Positions 14,004 through 26,600 of a stretch of 58,347 nucleotides of DNA are shown here, in pieces. Under the pieces are notes generated by a model that worked only from the letters and a program-made list of their open reading frames with translations, did not search any database and had not been told where the DNA came from. The position numbers and the translations under genes are program-made. The stretch spans positions 4,262,776 to 4,321,122 of the forward strand of contig CM119271.1 in assembly GCA_051294375.1 (NCBI GenBank), in the 5' to 3' direction. The stretch is from Paraspadella gotoi. Taxonomy: Eukaryota; Animalia; Chaetognatha. Position 1 is the first letter of the stretch. Each line of letters starts with the position of its first letter.

Positions 14004-15463
14004 TTTTCCAGCTGTTTTTCCACGTCGTGATAGAAAAAAAAAATTTTGGGGTTGTTTTTTTCAAACGCCAAAATTAATTTGAGCGAAAAATAAAGAAGTT
14101 GAAGATAAAAAGGAGACGAAAAGGCGGGATACGTCAAATTAAAATATTTCTAACCTCCATACAACAGATTCAATTCGAAAATCTTCACTATGATCCGATT
14201 GAAGACGTCTTTCAAAAATCAAACGCACACAGATTATCGTAAAAGATGAAAAGCCTAATTTTTGAAACGAAAATACCAGAATAAATCATCCTAAAACAAA
14301 AATCGAAAATTCCTNNNNNNNNNNNNNNNNNNNNNNNNNAATTTTATAAAAAGGCGGATCGGATAAAAAGCGCTTCAAGGAATTCATTAAATTGATTAAA
14401 AAAAATTATAATAGATAAGAAAAGTCCCTCGAAGGATATAAGCTATAAGCGTCTTCATTTAAAATAAAACAAATTGTGATAAACAGATAATATAAAGTTT
14501 TGTTTATTTTTTTTTAACTTAAAAAACTTATTAAATGAGAGACGGACAAATTTTATAAAAAGGCGGATCGGATAAAAAGCGCTACATAGGATTGATNNNN
14601 NNNNNNNNNNNNNNNNNNNNNNNNNNNNNNNNNNNNNNNNNNNNNNNNNNNNNNNNNNNNNNNNNNNNNNNNNNNNNNNNNNNNNNNNNNNNNNNNNNNN
14701 NNNNNNNNNNNNNNNNNNNNNNNNNNNNNNNNNNNNNNNNNNNNNNNNNNNNNNNNNNNNNNNNNNNNNNNNNNNNNNNNNNNNNNNNNNNNNNNNNNNN
14801 NNNNNNNNNNNNNNNNNNNNNNNNNNNNNNNNNNNNNNNNNNNNNNNNNNNNNNNNNNNNNNNNNNNNNNNNNNNNNNNNNNNNNNNNNNNNNNNNNNNN
14901 NNNNNNNNNNNNNNNNNNNNNNNNNNNNNNNNNNNNNNNNNNNNNNNNNNNNNNNNNNNNNNNNNNNNNNNNNNNNNNNNNNNNNNNNNNNNNNNNNNNN
15001 NNNNNNNNNNNNNNNNNNNNNNNNNNNNNNNNNNNNNNNNNNNNNNNNNNNNNNNNNNNNNNNNNNNNNNNNNNNNNNNNNNNNNNNNNNNNNNNNNNNN
15101 NNNNNNNNNNNNNNNNNNNNNNNNNNNNNNNNNNNNNNNNNNNNNNNNNNNNNNNNNNNNNNNNNNNNNNNNNNNNNNNNNNNNNNNNNNNNNNNNNNNN
15201 NNNNNNNNNNNNNNNNNNNNNNNNNNNNNNNNNNNNNNNNNNNNNNNNNNNNNNNNNNNNNNNNNNNNNNNNNNNNNNNNNNNNNNNNNNNNNNNNNNNN
15301 NNNNNNNNNNNNNNNNNNNNNNNNNNNNNNNNNNNNNNNNNNNNNNNNGAGGAGGAGGAGGAGGAGGAGGAGGAGGAAGAGGAAAATTACGAAGACGAGG
15401 AGGAGGAAGAAGAAGAAGGAAGAAGAAGGAGGAAGAAGNNNNNNNNNNNNNNNNNNNNNNNNN

Positions 15464-16444
15464 CTCCATATCTTCTGACTAAAACCTATATTCTATTTTC
15501 CCCCCTCGTCTCCTTTTTGACTTTCCTCCCTTCATTACTTCCTTCATTCCTCCTTTCCTTTATTGATTTCCTTTATATTCTTTCTTTTATACTTTCTATT
15601 TTAATACATTTCCTTTCCTTCTTTGTTTTTTTTTTCTTTCCTTCGTTTCTCTTTTTTTTTCTTTTCTTCTTTTCTTCCTCCTTTCCTCCCTTCCTACCTA
15701 CCGCGAATCCGATTCCCTTTTCGACGTCGGCGTCTTCTTCCTCCTTTCCTCCCTTCTTCTCCTTCTTCTCCTTCTTCTTCCTTCTTCTTCTTCCTCCTCG
15801 TCTTCGTAATTTCCTCTTCCTCCTCCTCCTCCCCTCCTCCTCCTCCTCCTCCTCCTCCCCATGGTTCATGGTGTCGTTTCAACCAGATTCTATCAGTTCT
15901 TCCTTCTGGAACTTTTTCATTTCGCAATCTCGTCTTTTTCCGACAATATTCTCTCTCCTCTCTCTCTCTCTCTCATCGCTACAAATTTTTGTACATTTTT
16001 TTTCTAACTTTTTCGTAAAATTGTTAATAAGTTTTTAAGTTAAAAAAAATAAACAAAACTTTATATTGTCTGTTATCACACATGTTTTATTATAAATTAA
16101 GATGCTTATAGCTTATAATCCTTCGAACGACTTTTCTATCTATTATGATTTTTTTGAATCAATTAAATCAATCCTATTAGACGCTTTCTTCCCGATCTCG
16201 CTCTCTTCTATAAAATTTTTCCTCTGTCTCTCGTATTTAATAAGTTTTTTAAGTTAAAAAAAAATAAACAAAACTTTATATTGTCTGTTTATCACCAATT
16301 TGTTTTATTTTAAATGAAGACGCTTATAGCTTATATCCTTCGAGCGACTTTTCTTATCTATTATAATTTTTTTTAATCAATTTAATGAATTCCTTGAAGC
16401 GCTTTTTATCCGATCCGCTTTTTATAAAAATTTGTTCGTCTCTC

Positions 16445-16532
<88 letters not shown>

Positions 16533-16845
16533 TCCCTCTCTCCTCCTCCATAATCGCCCCCATAATCGTCGTAATAAAATTTTAATGCGGCGTCATAACT
16601 GTAAGACGCCATAACGTGGCGATGGGGACGGGCGGGAGAACTTTCGCAGATTCGGCGTCAAATGGGCGTCAAACCTACGTCAAATTGGCGCCAAACCCGC
16701 GTCGAATGGGCGTCTTACCGGCGCCAAACCTTTGTCAAATATAATCACCTCGGTAGGGGAGAATCCGGTGGAAAAAGCGTCACCATACAAACCGCGCCAC
16801 GTCCATACGTTCATCCCTTCTGCTCCATCTTGCATCGTGCCCCCT
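15464..16845 (-). repeat. Inverted duplicate of ~4929-6305
   Basis: Reverse-complement match; the ORF MGVKPTSNWRQ... appears on opposite strands at 5110 and 16662. Confidence 0.9.
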
Positions 16846-17759
16846 CGCTTTTTTCCACGCTTTTATTTCTCTATCTCACTTCTTCTTTACCTATCTCATA
16901 ATCCATATATATTTCTTAGTTCTCTTCTCCACTTCTCTCCTATCCTCTTTCTATCTCACTCCTCTCTATCCACTTCTACCACTCTCGCTCTGTCTGCACT
17001 GTCTCCCTTCTCACTCTTCTCTCCGTTCACTCTCTTATCTCGTCTGCTTCACAATCTCACGACATCTCGTTACCACACCCAGTGAAACCCATCACTTCGG
17101 TTTCACTGGCAGGTTTCTCTCGCGTCGTTTCTCACGATCACAGGCAATTCACGCCCTTTTCAAATCTGTGACAAAGCGCGATATCTCGTTTTTCTGCGCG
17201 TTCTCACGTTTAAAGGCAATGTTGGATCGGGTTCCGAAGATTCCCAGATTGTCTTCCAAAACTGCTATCTTTAAGAAAGGCTTTCAAAGTTTTCTATGAT
17301 GTCACGAGGTCATAGTGCCACCACAACATCTCTCAGATGACTTTGACGATTTACAGCTCATCACCATCGGAACAATCTCAACACTCCCCCCCAAAAAAAA
17401 ACCGGCCAAAGTCTTGCCGCACATTCCCATAAGCCATCTCATGCCCGCTTCAAAGTTATGGGCAATTTCTTGTATTCAGATTCTCTCGCTCCCTCATAAC
17501 TCGTTATTGCTTTTGAAGAAATTGCTAATGTCGTAATACCTTTTTATAATATAAATAAGAAGAAAAAAATCTTTAGAAGGCGGCAAAATTGTGAACGCAA
17601 AATATAAAATTAATGCCTAGTGGCAGATTATTAGTTTAAAGTCGCACGCCTTAAGCAAAACTAATAATATGTTTTGGTTTGACTTTGTTTATTATTAGAG
17701 AGAAAAAAAAGGTGTTTTCGTATCAAGTAAAAAAAAAAAAAAAATCAGAACTTTACAGC

Positions 17760-17794
<35 letters not shown>

Positions 17795-18379
17795 CGCCTC
17801 TCTCTCTCATTCTCTCTTTTTTTGTCTCATATAAGCTAAGTTCCCCCCTTATATTTTTTCACTTTCTTTTATCTTTAAGGAAACCAAAAACAGAAAAAAC
17901 GAAAACAAAAAAAACCCACGAGAAAAAAAAAACACGCGAAAAAAACCCGAAAGAACGAATTAGTTAAAACTTTTCAAACGATTTTTTTAAATTTCTTGTT
18001 TTCTCTGTCCACTGCAAGACGCAAGACGCACCACGAGACACCATCGCGCTTCAGGTCAGTTTTATTATTTTATCTTATCTTAGTTTTATTTAATTAACTC
18101 TTAGAAAATATTTGTACTTGTACAAGCGCAGTGAACTACGATAATGACAAAAAACGTCTCGAAAAGACCGAAAGATTTATATTTACCAATTGCTTCAAAT
18201 TAAATTTTAACATGTGAGAGGAATGTTTAATTTAGTATTTAACATCTTTTATAAGATGACGATAATGTTCATATAATGGATATTTGACTCGGTACCAGAG
18301 ATCGACAAAGTCGCAGCTGTTGTGGCGGTGGAAGATTTAAAAACAAAAGCCAGCGGGCGAAAGTGAAAGATGCGATACT

Positions 18380-18380
<1 letters not shown>

Positions 18381-18458
<78 letters not shown>

Positions 18459-18470
18459 AGAGAGAGGAAA

Positions 18471-18518
<48 letters not shown>

Positions 18519-18559
18519 AGAGGAGAGAGAAAAGAGAGAGAAAGAGAGAGAGAGAGAGA

Positions 18560-18630
<71 letters not shown>

Positions 18631-18636
18631 TGGAGA
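18381..18636. repeat. Long imperfect (AG)n microsatellite; many others in the window (e.g. 250-335, 3510-3590, 4105-4205, 5230-5340, 16440-16540, 30575-30860, 35090-35415, 48222-48345)
   Basis: Direct inspection. Confidence 0.97.
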
Positions 18637-18739
18637 GGTCGTGATTACATTGAGCGAGTGATGACAATTACCCGAATAAAGAAAAATGTCTCATCTGGAG
18701 ATAGCGTAAATCTCTCTTGAAGGACCCTTCCTTGAGAGA

Positions 18740-18980
18740 GGGCGGCGAAACCGAAATAAAAAAAAAGAGGCGGAGCGAGAGAGAGATAAAAAAAAGGGAA
18801 ATTAGCTCGTTGAGATAAAAAAAAAGTTTTAATAGTCGAGTTAGAGTTAATGGGAAGTTTTTCCCTTTAGAAACGAGAGTAAGTTACGTTTCTGAGGAGA
18901 TATCCTCGGAGTTTTATTGCCGTTCGACGAAAAATTCTCTCTCTCTCTCTCTCTGTCTTCTCTCTCTCTCTTCTCTTCTC

Positions 18981-19013
<33 letters not shown>

Positions 19014-19327
19014 CTCAACAAAGCGATAGAAAGGGATTAGAATCAGAAATAAAATTGGTTTTTTTTCGTTGATAATCTAATGAGTTTCTTCGTCTTGAGG
19101 AAAAAAAAAGAGAATTTTTAAAAAAGAATTGACGACTTTGCAAATTTATTCGTCATTGATACACTTCATTAGGATTGAATATGATTAAGTATTTATGAAT
19201 GAATAGAAGAGGATAAAAAAAAATCGATATCTGATAACCGGATTTTCATTTTCCATTCATCGATAAACGATATTCGTTTTTTCCTTTGAAAAAACGATTT
19301 CAACCTCATTCAGTTTCACAAAGCGGA
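18740..19327 (-). repeat. Inverted duplicate of ~3780-4405
   Basis: GAGGATATCTCCTCAGAAACGTAAACTTACTCTCGTTTC (4237) occurs as its reverse complement near 18870-18906; partial extra copies at 4451-4559 and 4818-4918. Confidence 0.88.
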
Positions 19328-19669
19328 GAGTAGAAATCTACATGAAATAAATTCAATAGGGCGCGGGGGTTCAAAACTTTAGTACTGGAAGCTACTTTAG
19401 GAATATTTTAAATTTTAAAAAAGTTCGATTTAATCTTTTATTGTATAGAAAATTACAATATGACTATATAATGAAAAAATTTTTTAATCAATCTTAACTT
19501 TTTGATGGATCTGAAGAGCATAAAGTTAAATAAAAAATTTAACTACAACTTTCGAAATATTATGTTTTCTTGTCAAATTAAAAAAGTAATAAAATCTATC
19601 GAAAATGATCAGTCAAAACTAAGGAGTGAGATAAAAATGGAAGATCGGATTGCAGTTTGTCAACTTAAC

Positions 19670-20360
19670 TACGATCTTCAAAGCATTTCATCGGCATTTT
19701 TTGAAATTCTTTTTTTTCGCAATCTTTTGTTTTTCCATCGTTTGTTAGTCCATAGTACGCTAGATGTCGCAAGCGTCATACCCAAAAATGAATATAAAAC
19801 AAATGAGCACTAAAGCGGGTTAAATGCTAAAAAGTTTAATTTCTGAATATAAAATATCTGTTACCTCGACTCGAGGTGTTATAATTTGGTTTTTGTTATA
19901 AATTAGTTAAGAATTCGTCATGCTGGTTTTATCAGAAAGAAAAGAGCAAAAAGGACTTTTGGAGATTTTCTCTATGTTGCATCATGGATTAGTTGTTGAT
20001 ATCTATCTACAAAAGATATTAATGTTAATTGTTCAGAGTATCAGATATATAAACATAGTCAAACGAACAAAACGAACGAAAATCCTTTTAACACCGTCTG
20101 ATTCCAAGATTTCTTCGTTTGAAACGATCGGCCCTCATCTTGGATTCGGATTACGACTGATTTATTGAAGTCAACCCGGTCACGATTTACAGATATTTAC
20201 GTCAGTCAATGTAAAAGAAAGAAATTTCAAGTCGAAAAAGCACGATGACTCAAATCATTTTTTCATGAAACAAAAACAACAACTTTTCCAAAAATTCTGC
20301 GGGATGGAACTGTGGATTGCAATAATAAATCAATAGCTTCGTTAAAAGTCTGAAAATTTA
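19670..20360 (-). CDS. Possible small divergently transcribed membrane-protein gene (copy at ~6360-7020)
   Basis: Combining both noisy copies gives VLICFISFLGMTLATSSVLW followed by TNKRWKNKRLRKKR (TM plus basic stop-transfer), and an upstream ttttcag|...DFNEAIDYYCNPHFDPAEF segment. The frame is broken in both copies. Confidence 0.25.
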
Positions 20361-20695
20361 TAACAGTATAAATTAAAATTTTTAAAAAAGCTTTTTCCTA
20401 AATTTATATGGGTTGCCACCCCGAAATCCTTAACGCTGACTGACAGTCTTACCAAAAACTTTTGTAACGAGACGCGTCGATGCATTGAAATTAAATTCGT
20501 GAATCAGCCTCGTTACCTTCCAATTGCAAGTCGCGAATCGACCGAGGGATGAATCACTTGAATCAATCTAAATAAACATCGCCACCCGGAATTTCTCTCG
20601 ATCTTATTTCGCGCAGAATAAGGGTCGAAATCAAATTTAGAATTTGCTTTGTTTGTATTTTAATTCGACGTTGTCTTGGTTCCGATTCCATCGCA

Positions 20696-23600
20696 ATGGT
20701 CGCCCCGTCTCAGACGACGTTTCTCTTCCTTCAAGCGCTCGTCATTCTGACCGAACACCTGTTGAATGCGACCGTGGTCGAAGCCACGCCACGCCACGAC
20801 AAACCCATCTTCGATCCTTCGATCCCTGGAAGCGACATCTTCGTCGTAGATCGAAACCGACGCGTCTACGTGCCAGCGAAGATCGATCAAAGGCTCGTTC
20901 GCGTTATTGACGAAAAGGCGCGGAGTTACATTTCGGTGGAACCGCGCCGTCTCGTCGCATTCGTCGATGACAACGACGACGCCGTCTCAGTCGGCGCCAA
21001 ATTAAACGCTCTCCGCGCTGGCGTCGAGGTTTTTGTTAGAGAAGACGCATTGCAGAAACACGGATGCCACACTTGCTGGTTGAAAGGAGTCGTCCTGCGA
21101 AACGAATACGAGGCGACAGGTTCGATCACAGTCGAGGCGAAACTCTGCAGCAAATTCGGCGACAGCGTCCGGGAGAACGTATCCGCGATAATGAAGCAAA
21201 TCATCCTGGCTCCCTCGGACTTTGATTTCACGGTCAGAAATATAGTCGTAATATAAGTGTAATTAGATATTCAAATTTTTATTCATATTTAAATACCTTA
21301 CTTCCTTCTAGCAAAGACTTTGCTCGTCAAAGATACACACCAAACTATTACTTCAAAATGCCGGAAAACACACCAACTGCCCTTCCTTTCGCGTTGTCGG
21401 AATGCTGAAGTCCACGTAAGCAAAAGTTGTTTTCCATGTTTTAACGGAATTCTCGGTAAATACTTTCGAAAGTCTATTTTAAATTTAATCCTCGGGTACG
21501 TATTCGAATGTACGATGGACGACCGAATTGTATCACGTATTCTAAAAATTTTATTCGTTAAGATATGTATGAAGAAATATGATTAATAGAGATTAATAAA
21601 TACGTTTATTGTTTAGGTACTTGGTTCTCAATTTCATTTATCAAATTGAAGTTAAATATTTTCTACAGAGGCGTAACCAAGGAACAGGAAATGGCGTTCT
21701 CTGCGCGTCTCGTCAACGGTCAAACGAAAAAGATTACGGCCAACTCTACCAATTATTGCGTTCCAAACGGATTCGATAGTTTTACCGAAGCCAAACCGCA
21801 GGTTTAACCTCTTTAGAATTTGAAACTTTCAGTAGTGGTGTGGATAAGGCGCTAAGTGGGCTGAAGATGACTATCCGTAACTTCTATAACCCCCTTTAGT
21901 AGCCATGGAACGTGTCCTGGGCTTGGAACCAGGCTTGAGGGGTTGCCACGCAAGGGTAGGTACCAGGTTAGGATTGAACCCAGTACCTAGTGGTCATGAG
22001 CTGATGGCATTACTCAATGAGCCACCGGGTCAGGACTGAAGGTGTCATGCTTATAGGGGGGGTGAACCTAGGCAATGCCCGACTACAGTGGTAGCCGACC
22101 AAATTCAAATTCAAATTTTAATGGGAACAGCATTGAACAAATCCATTATTGGTATTAGTTATTGTTAAAATATTATTTTTGGGATATTTTAAGGTTTTTT
22201 TAATTGATTCTGATAGAGCTAAAAAAGTTAAGCAAAAAATGTAATTACTACTTCTTAAAATTTTGATGTTTTATTACTGAAAATTAGCAAAAACTGTTAA
22301 AATCATCAGATGATGATTTTTCCAATTTTGACCCACTTTTCATCAAAATATTGAAGAAAGAATTATATTTAGTGCAGACAACTTTTTATAAGCTATCTAC
22401 ATCTGCTTTTAAAAATATAAAATTTAGAAAATTTTTTTTAACATTCCCTATCTATAAATATTAAAAAATTAATTACTAGTGCTTCTAGCAATTTTAGAAA
22501 AGTTTTCTCATAAATGTATGAAGTTTCATTTGGAAAGGTTCCCAAATCAAACTTGACCCACCCCATTGACATAGATTGTCCCTTAAGTTTTTTTTTGTAG
22601 GTTTTTTGGACAATCTACTATTATATCAAATATACCTGCAAAGTTTTAAAACTTTTTTCCAGTCGGATTTTTTTGTTCTCTTCAAAATTGACGAGGGCTC
22701 ATGGAAATCAGTGCAACCGGTCTATGATCCACAACAAAACTTGACAAAAGTGTGGTACGCCTCCAGTTGGCTATTTATCAAAGATGAAGACTTCGACGAG
22801 CTGCTTCGAGGCTGCACCTTCCGACCCAAAGTCGTCGGATTTTGCGAAAACATCACGGACGGTGAACTGACGACGATGACGACGAATGTGACGACGACAA
22901 ATCTGACGACGGTTGAAGAAAACGAATCGTTGGGTAAGTTAAAACCGATTCCTTATTAGGTAAAATAATAATTTAATTTTGTACTTTTGCTTCCTATTTT
23001 TGTTTGTTAATTGATACACACGTTTCGGGAACGTTTCGTTAATTTAGCTTTCATAAACATAATTGTCCCAATGCGAGATCGTCAGACAAAAGCGCCGAGG
23101 AAGGCTTGTAATGTAAAGCTGAAACATGTCTGTTAAATAAAAATCCATCGTTATTGTAAGACTTCGTCTTTATCTCAAACTTAATTACTTAATTACGTAT
23201 AATTTTGAACTGACTTAACACGAAAAAAATAAACGAAAAAATGGAATCGTAAAAGAATAAAAAATGATTTAATTCAGTTTAATCAGCATTCTTCAATTAA
23301 ATTGATAAAAACCAGAACACATTGTCCTATCGTAACTTACTTCAGAATTCGTTGGACAATTGAAATAACGACTATATAACGAAATATCAGCGCGCAGTTA
23401 AACGTTAAAAAAAGCCCCCCCGCACACGTCAAGGACCCACGTCCCCCACCGTCTCGTAACGCCCCTCGACGGCCTTTCGCAGCGCCTCCTGGACGCATTC
23501 CGCGTAAAGGTTTCCTTGGGCCTCCGCGAAGATGTTTTCCGCGAAGCCGATCGTCCATAAGAGAGTGCCGCGCACGGTGACGATCTGATGGTTGAAGGCA

Positions 23601-26600
23601 AAGTCGCCCAAACCGCAGTTGCTGCCCCAGTAGACGGCGGAGACTTCGAAGCGTCGACGCGCGGCTTGACGATCGAAGAACTTCCCGTAGTTGCTCATCA
23701 TGTAGTCGGCGGTGACGCTGTCGCGATCAAAGTCTTCTGGAGCGTTTGGATTGATTTCCTAAGGAAGGAAAGGGGGGGGGAATTTAAGCGTCGACTGTTG
23801 CAAACTTGTAAAATTGACAAGGTCTCGGATCATAGAAAATTACCACACGAGGAACAGTTGTTAATTCTTAATTATAGTAAATACTTATTTTTTCCCCTAA
23901 ATATTTGAAGTTTACGGATGAAACTAACACACTAAACTGATGAATAAAACGATATGAGGACATTTACGTTATTCTCATAAATTTATATTTTATAATTTCA
24001 ATTTTGTATTTGAATTATACTGTTATTGAGAACAAAGGAATTATGGTGGACTAAATCCACCAACCGTTCATCAGCGGCCATTGGTGCCGGAGGCAAGTCA
24101 TTCGCCTCCCAACCCAAAGGTCCGGGGTTCAAGCCCGGTGGTCGCCTCGCAGTTAAGAGAGACGAGGAACTTAACCTGCCTGTAACACAGTGTTACAGCC
24201 TAATCCGAAGTACAGGGACTGCTTATATTGAACGGTTCTGTCACTAACATAACAATAATTACTGTCTCTTCAGAATAGAATTTTTATATTTGCAGGAATA
24301 AGTTTGATTTATTTGTGACAACGATTCATTTTATTTTAGTTTAGAAACGGACATGTTTCGGCTTAGTTTACAAGCCTTCATCAGCGTTGACAAGCCGAAA
24401 CATGTCCGTTTCTAAACTGAAATTAAATGAATCGTTGTCACAAATAAATCAAATTTATTCCTGCAAATTCTTAAAGCAACGAAACGAAAGGATTACTCAA
24501 TAATTTTTATATTTAAAATAAAACCCAAATTTCTGTTTTCCCCAAACCATTAAACTACTATAATGAACCACTATGAATCATAGTATCATCATAGTATGAT
24601 GAACCACAACCCTCTCTTTACCTCGAGCCAACATTCGGGAAAAGTCTCAAAGACGTAAGCGTTATCCTTGGCGTTCTGTTCCACGGGCCATTCCTCTTGC
24701 CTCCGATGCACCTCGTCGCTCATCGACTTGGCCAGATCCCAAAAGGATTTCTCCAACGCCGCCTCGTCCGTTTCGATCGTCCGCGACATGGATCGACCCT
24801 GCGAGTATAGTCCGAAGATCGTGTCCAGCAGCGGAGGCTGTTTGAACCCTCGCACGCTCTCCGTGTAATGATTGCGGATCTTTATCAACGGCGGAGGCTC
24901 CTGAGACTCCTCCAAGAGCAGCAGCCTCAGCATCCGCACCTGCGCCATGCTGACCACTGCCTGCAGCGTTCCGTGCAGCTTGCAGTTGTGAACTCTGCAG
25001 CGGCGGAGCAGCGCGTCGAGTTCGTCGGGGAGAAGTTTAAAGAAGACGAAATTAGTTTTGGGATGCGTTGACAGCCGCGGCGGAGAGAAAAATGTCGTCA
25101 AAGAAATTAAAGAGCAAGGGGGCTGCGGCGGTAGGCAATCGGAAAAAGAAAAATCAAAGTGATACTTGAGAAAAACGCGAATTCTCTGTAGTGCGGTCAG
25201 ACCCATGTTTTCATCGCCGAGAAATCTCGCATAGGACTGATTCATTCGTTGGGTGTACCGTGGCGCTGTGAAGGGCTGGAAGGAACCGAAAGGTGGAGAA
25301 GTCAAATCAGTAAACATTTATTTCCTTAAAAAAAAAACCGCAACAATACAATGGAAAAAAATCTCACTTCAAAACTTACTCCCATCTGGCATAAAAACAA
25401 CAAGCTCTTTAAATAGCCATAGCCGATAAAAATTTAAATGCTAATGTATACAGCGTTAAAATAATCTATCATCTTTAAAATATTTTTTGTCAAAAATACT
25501 TTATGAGGGTACTAGCCTAATTAAAATTATTATATTACCATATAAAGAAAAAAAATTTGAAAACAAATTTTTTGATGGAAAATGATAGAGCATAAAAAGT
25601 TAAACAAGAAATATAATTACAGTTTTTAAAAATTTTTACGTTTTCTCAATAAAAATAAAAAAAACCGATAAAATCATCCAAGGATGATGATGATTTTTTA
25701 ATGGTTTTTTATCTTTTTGACCTACTTATCATAAAAATATTTAAAAAAGAATTATACTTCGTGCAGACAACTTTTTATGAGCTATCTGAATCTGGTCTTA
25801 AATAATCCAATCTATAAATAAATATTAAAAAAATTAATTACTAGGGTATAGAACCATTTAAGAATTTTGTTGTCCATTGAAAAAGTACGCTTAAAAATGT
25901 ATAAATTTTCGTTTGAGCATGTACTCGCTCTAAATTTTTTGAGACTCGCCCCCATCGAGTGGGGCTACCCCTACTTTAAATCGTCTCTCATCGCGCTCTA
26001 TTACTCACCACTTCCCGACTTAATTCGTCCATGAGCTGATTCAAAAACTTCATCGTCGATAGTCCGTCCGCAATGGCGTGATGAAAGGTAAAGACTAAAG
26101 CCCTTTCGTGAAACCGGCCCTCGACGCGATCGTTGAGCATCTTCACCCTCCAGAGCGGACCCGTGGACGAGTCGAAAGGCTTGAGAAGGTCTTCCTCCAT
26201 GACCAATTTCCAATCGTCCGTCTCCAACACATCCAAATCGGCAAAACAATTTTCAATCTCTTCGAAATATAGGAAATCGTTGGGGTCAGGGCTGGACTGG
26301 GATGCGTTGGCCCCGCTACCATCCGCTCGAGATTCATTGACGCTCGGTACATTCATGAGAGATACACTGGCCTCGGAATTATCGCCACGAGATATATTAT
26401 CCCGGTTTTCATTGGAACGAGATCCGTTGATTCCACCGGAACGCGATCTCTCGGTTTCAGATCCATTAGCCCGAGTTTCATTGGAACGAGATCTATCCGT
26501 ACGAGATCCATCGTCCCGAGTTCCATGGGATCGCGACACATGTGCACGTGATTCATTAGCCCGAGTTCCATGTGAGCGAGGTCTATCGGAACGAGATCCA

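Larger units (their letters stand above)
6300..14314 (+). repeat. About 8-kb direct duplicate of ~19610-27560
   Basis: Colinear throughout, from CAGTCAAAACTAA..GAGTGAGATAAAAATG to AAAATTCCT; ends at an N gap. Confidence 0.92.

Noticed and set aside
17079-17109. 11-bp stem hairpin CCAGTGAAACC...GGTTTCACTGG as a terminator or Helitron end
   Set aside because: Isolated, with no CTRR end or second copy; insufficient support.
18269-18720. ER/SL-repeat and poly-E/F ORFs here and elsewhere (e.g. 5674-6208, 15517-16038, 39446-39960)
   Set aside because: Translations of (AG)n and purine/pyrimidine tracts with no coding signal.
21312-21415. Cadherin-like motif YYFKMPENTPT in one reading frame
   Set aside because: That frame is incompatible with the flanking splice phases; the in-phase translation is QRLCSSKIHTKLLLQNAGKHTNCPSFRVVGMLKST.
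24045-24076. Another CTGATGA on the minus strand next to a hairpin
   Set aside because: No downstream GAAA or cleavage triplet in register, so not a hammerhead.
24074-24145. Functional tRNA-Gly gene
   Set aside because: D and anticodon stems do not pair and there is no adjacent poly-T terminator; better explained as a SINE head.
26390-26600. CRISPR-like repeat-spacer pattern
   Set aside because: Eukaryotic coding minisatellite with irregular, related spacers and no cas genes.
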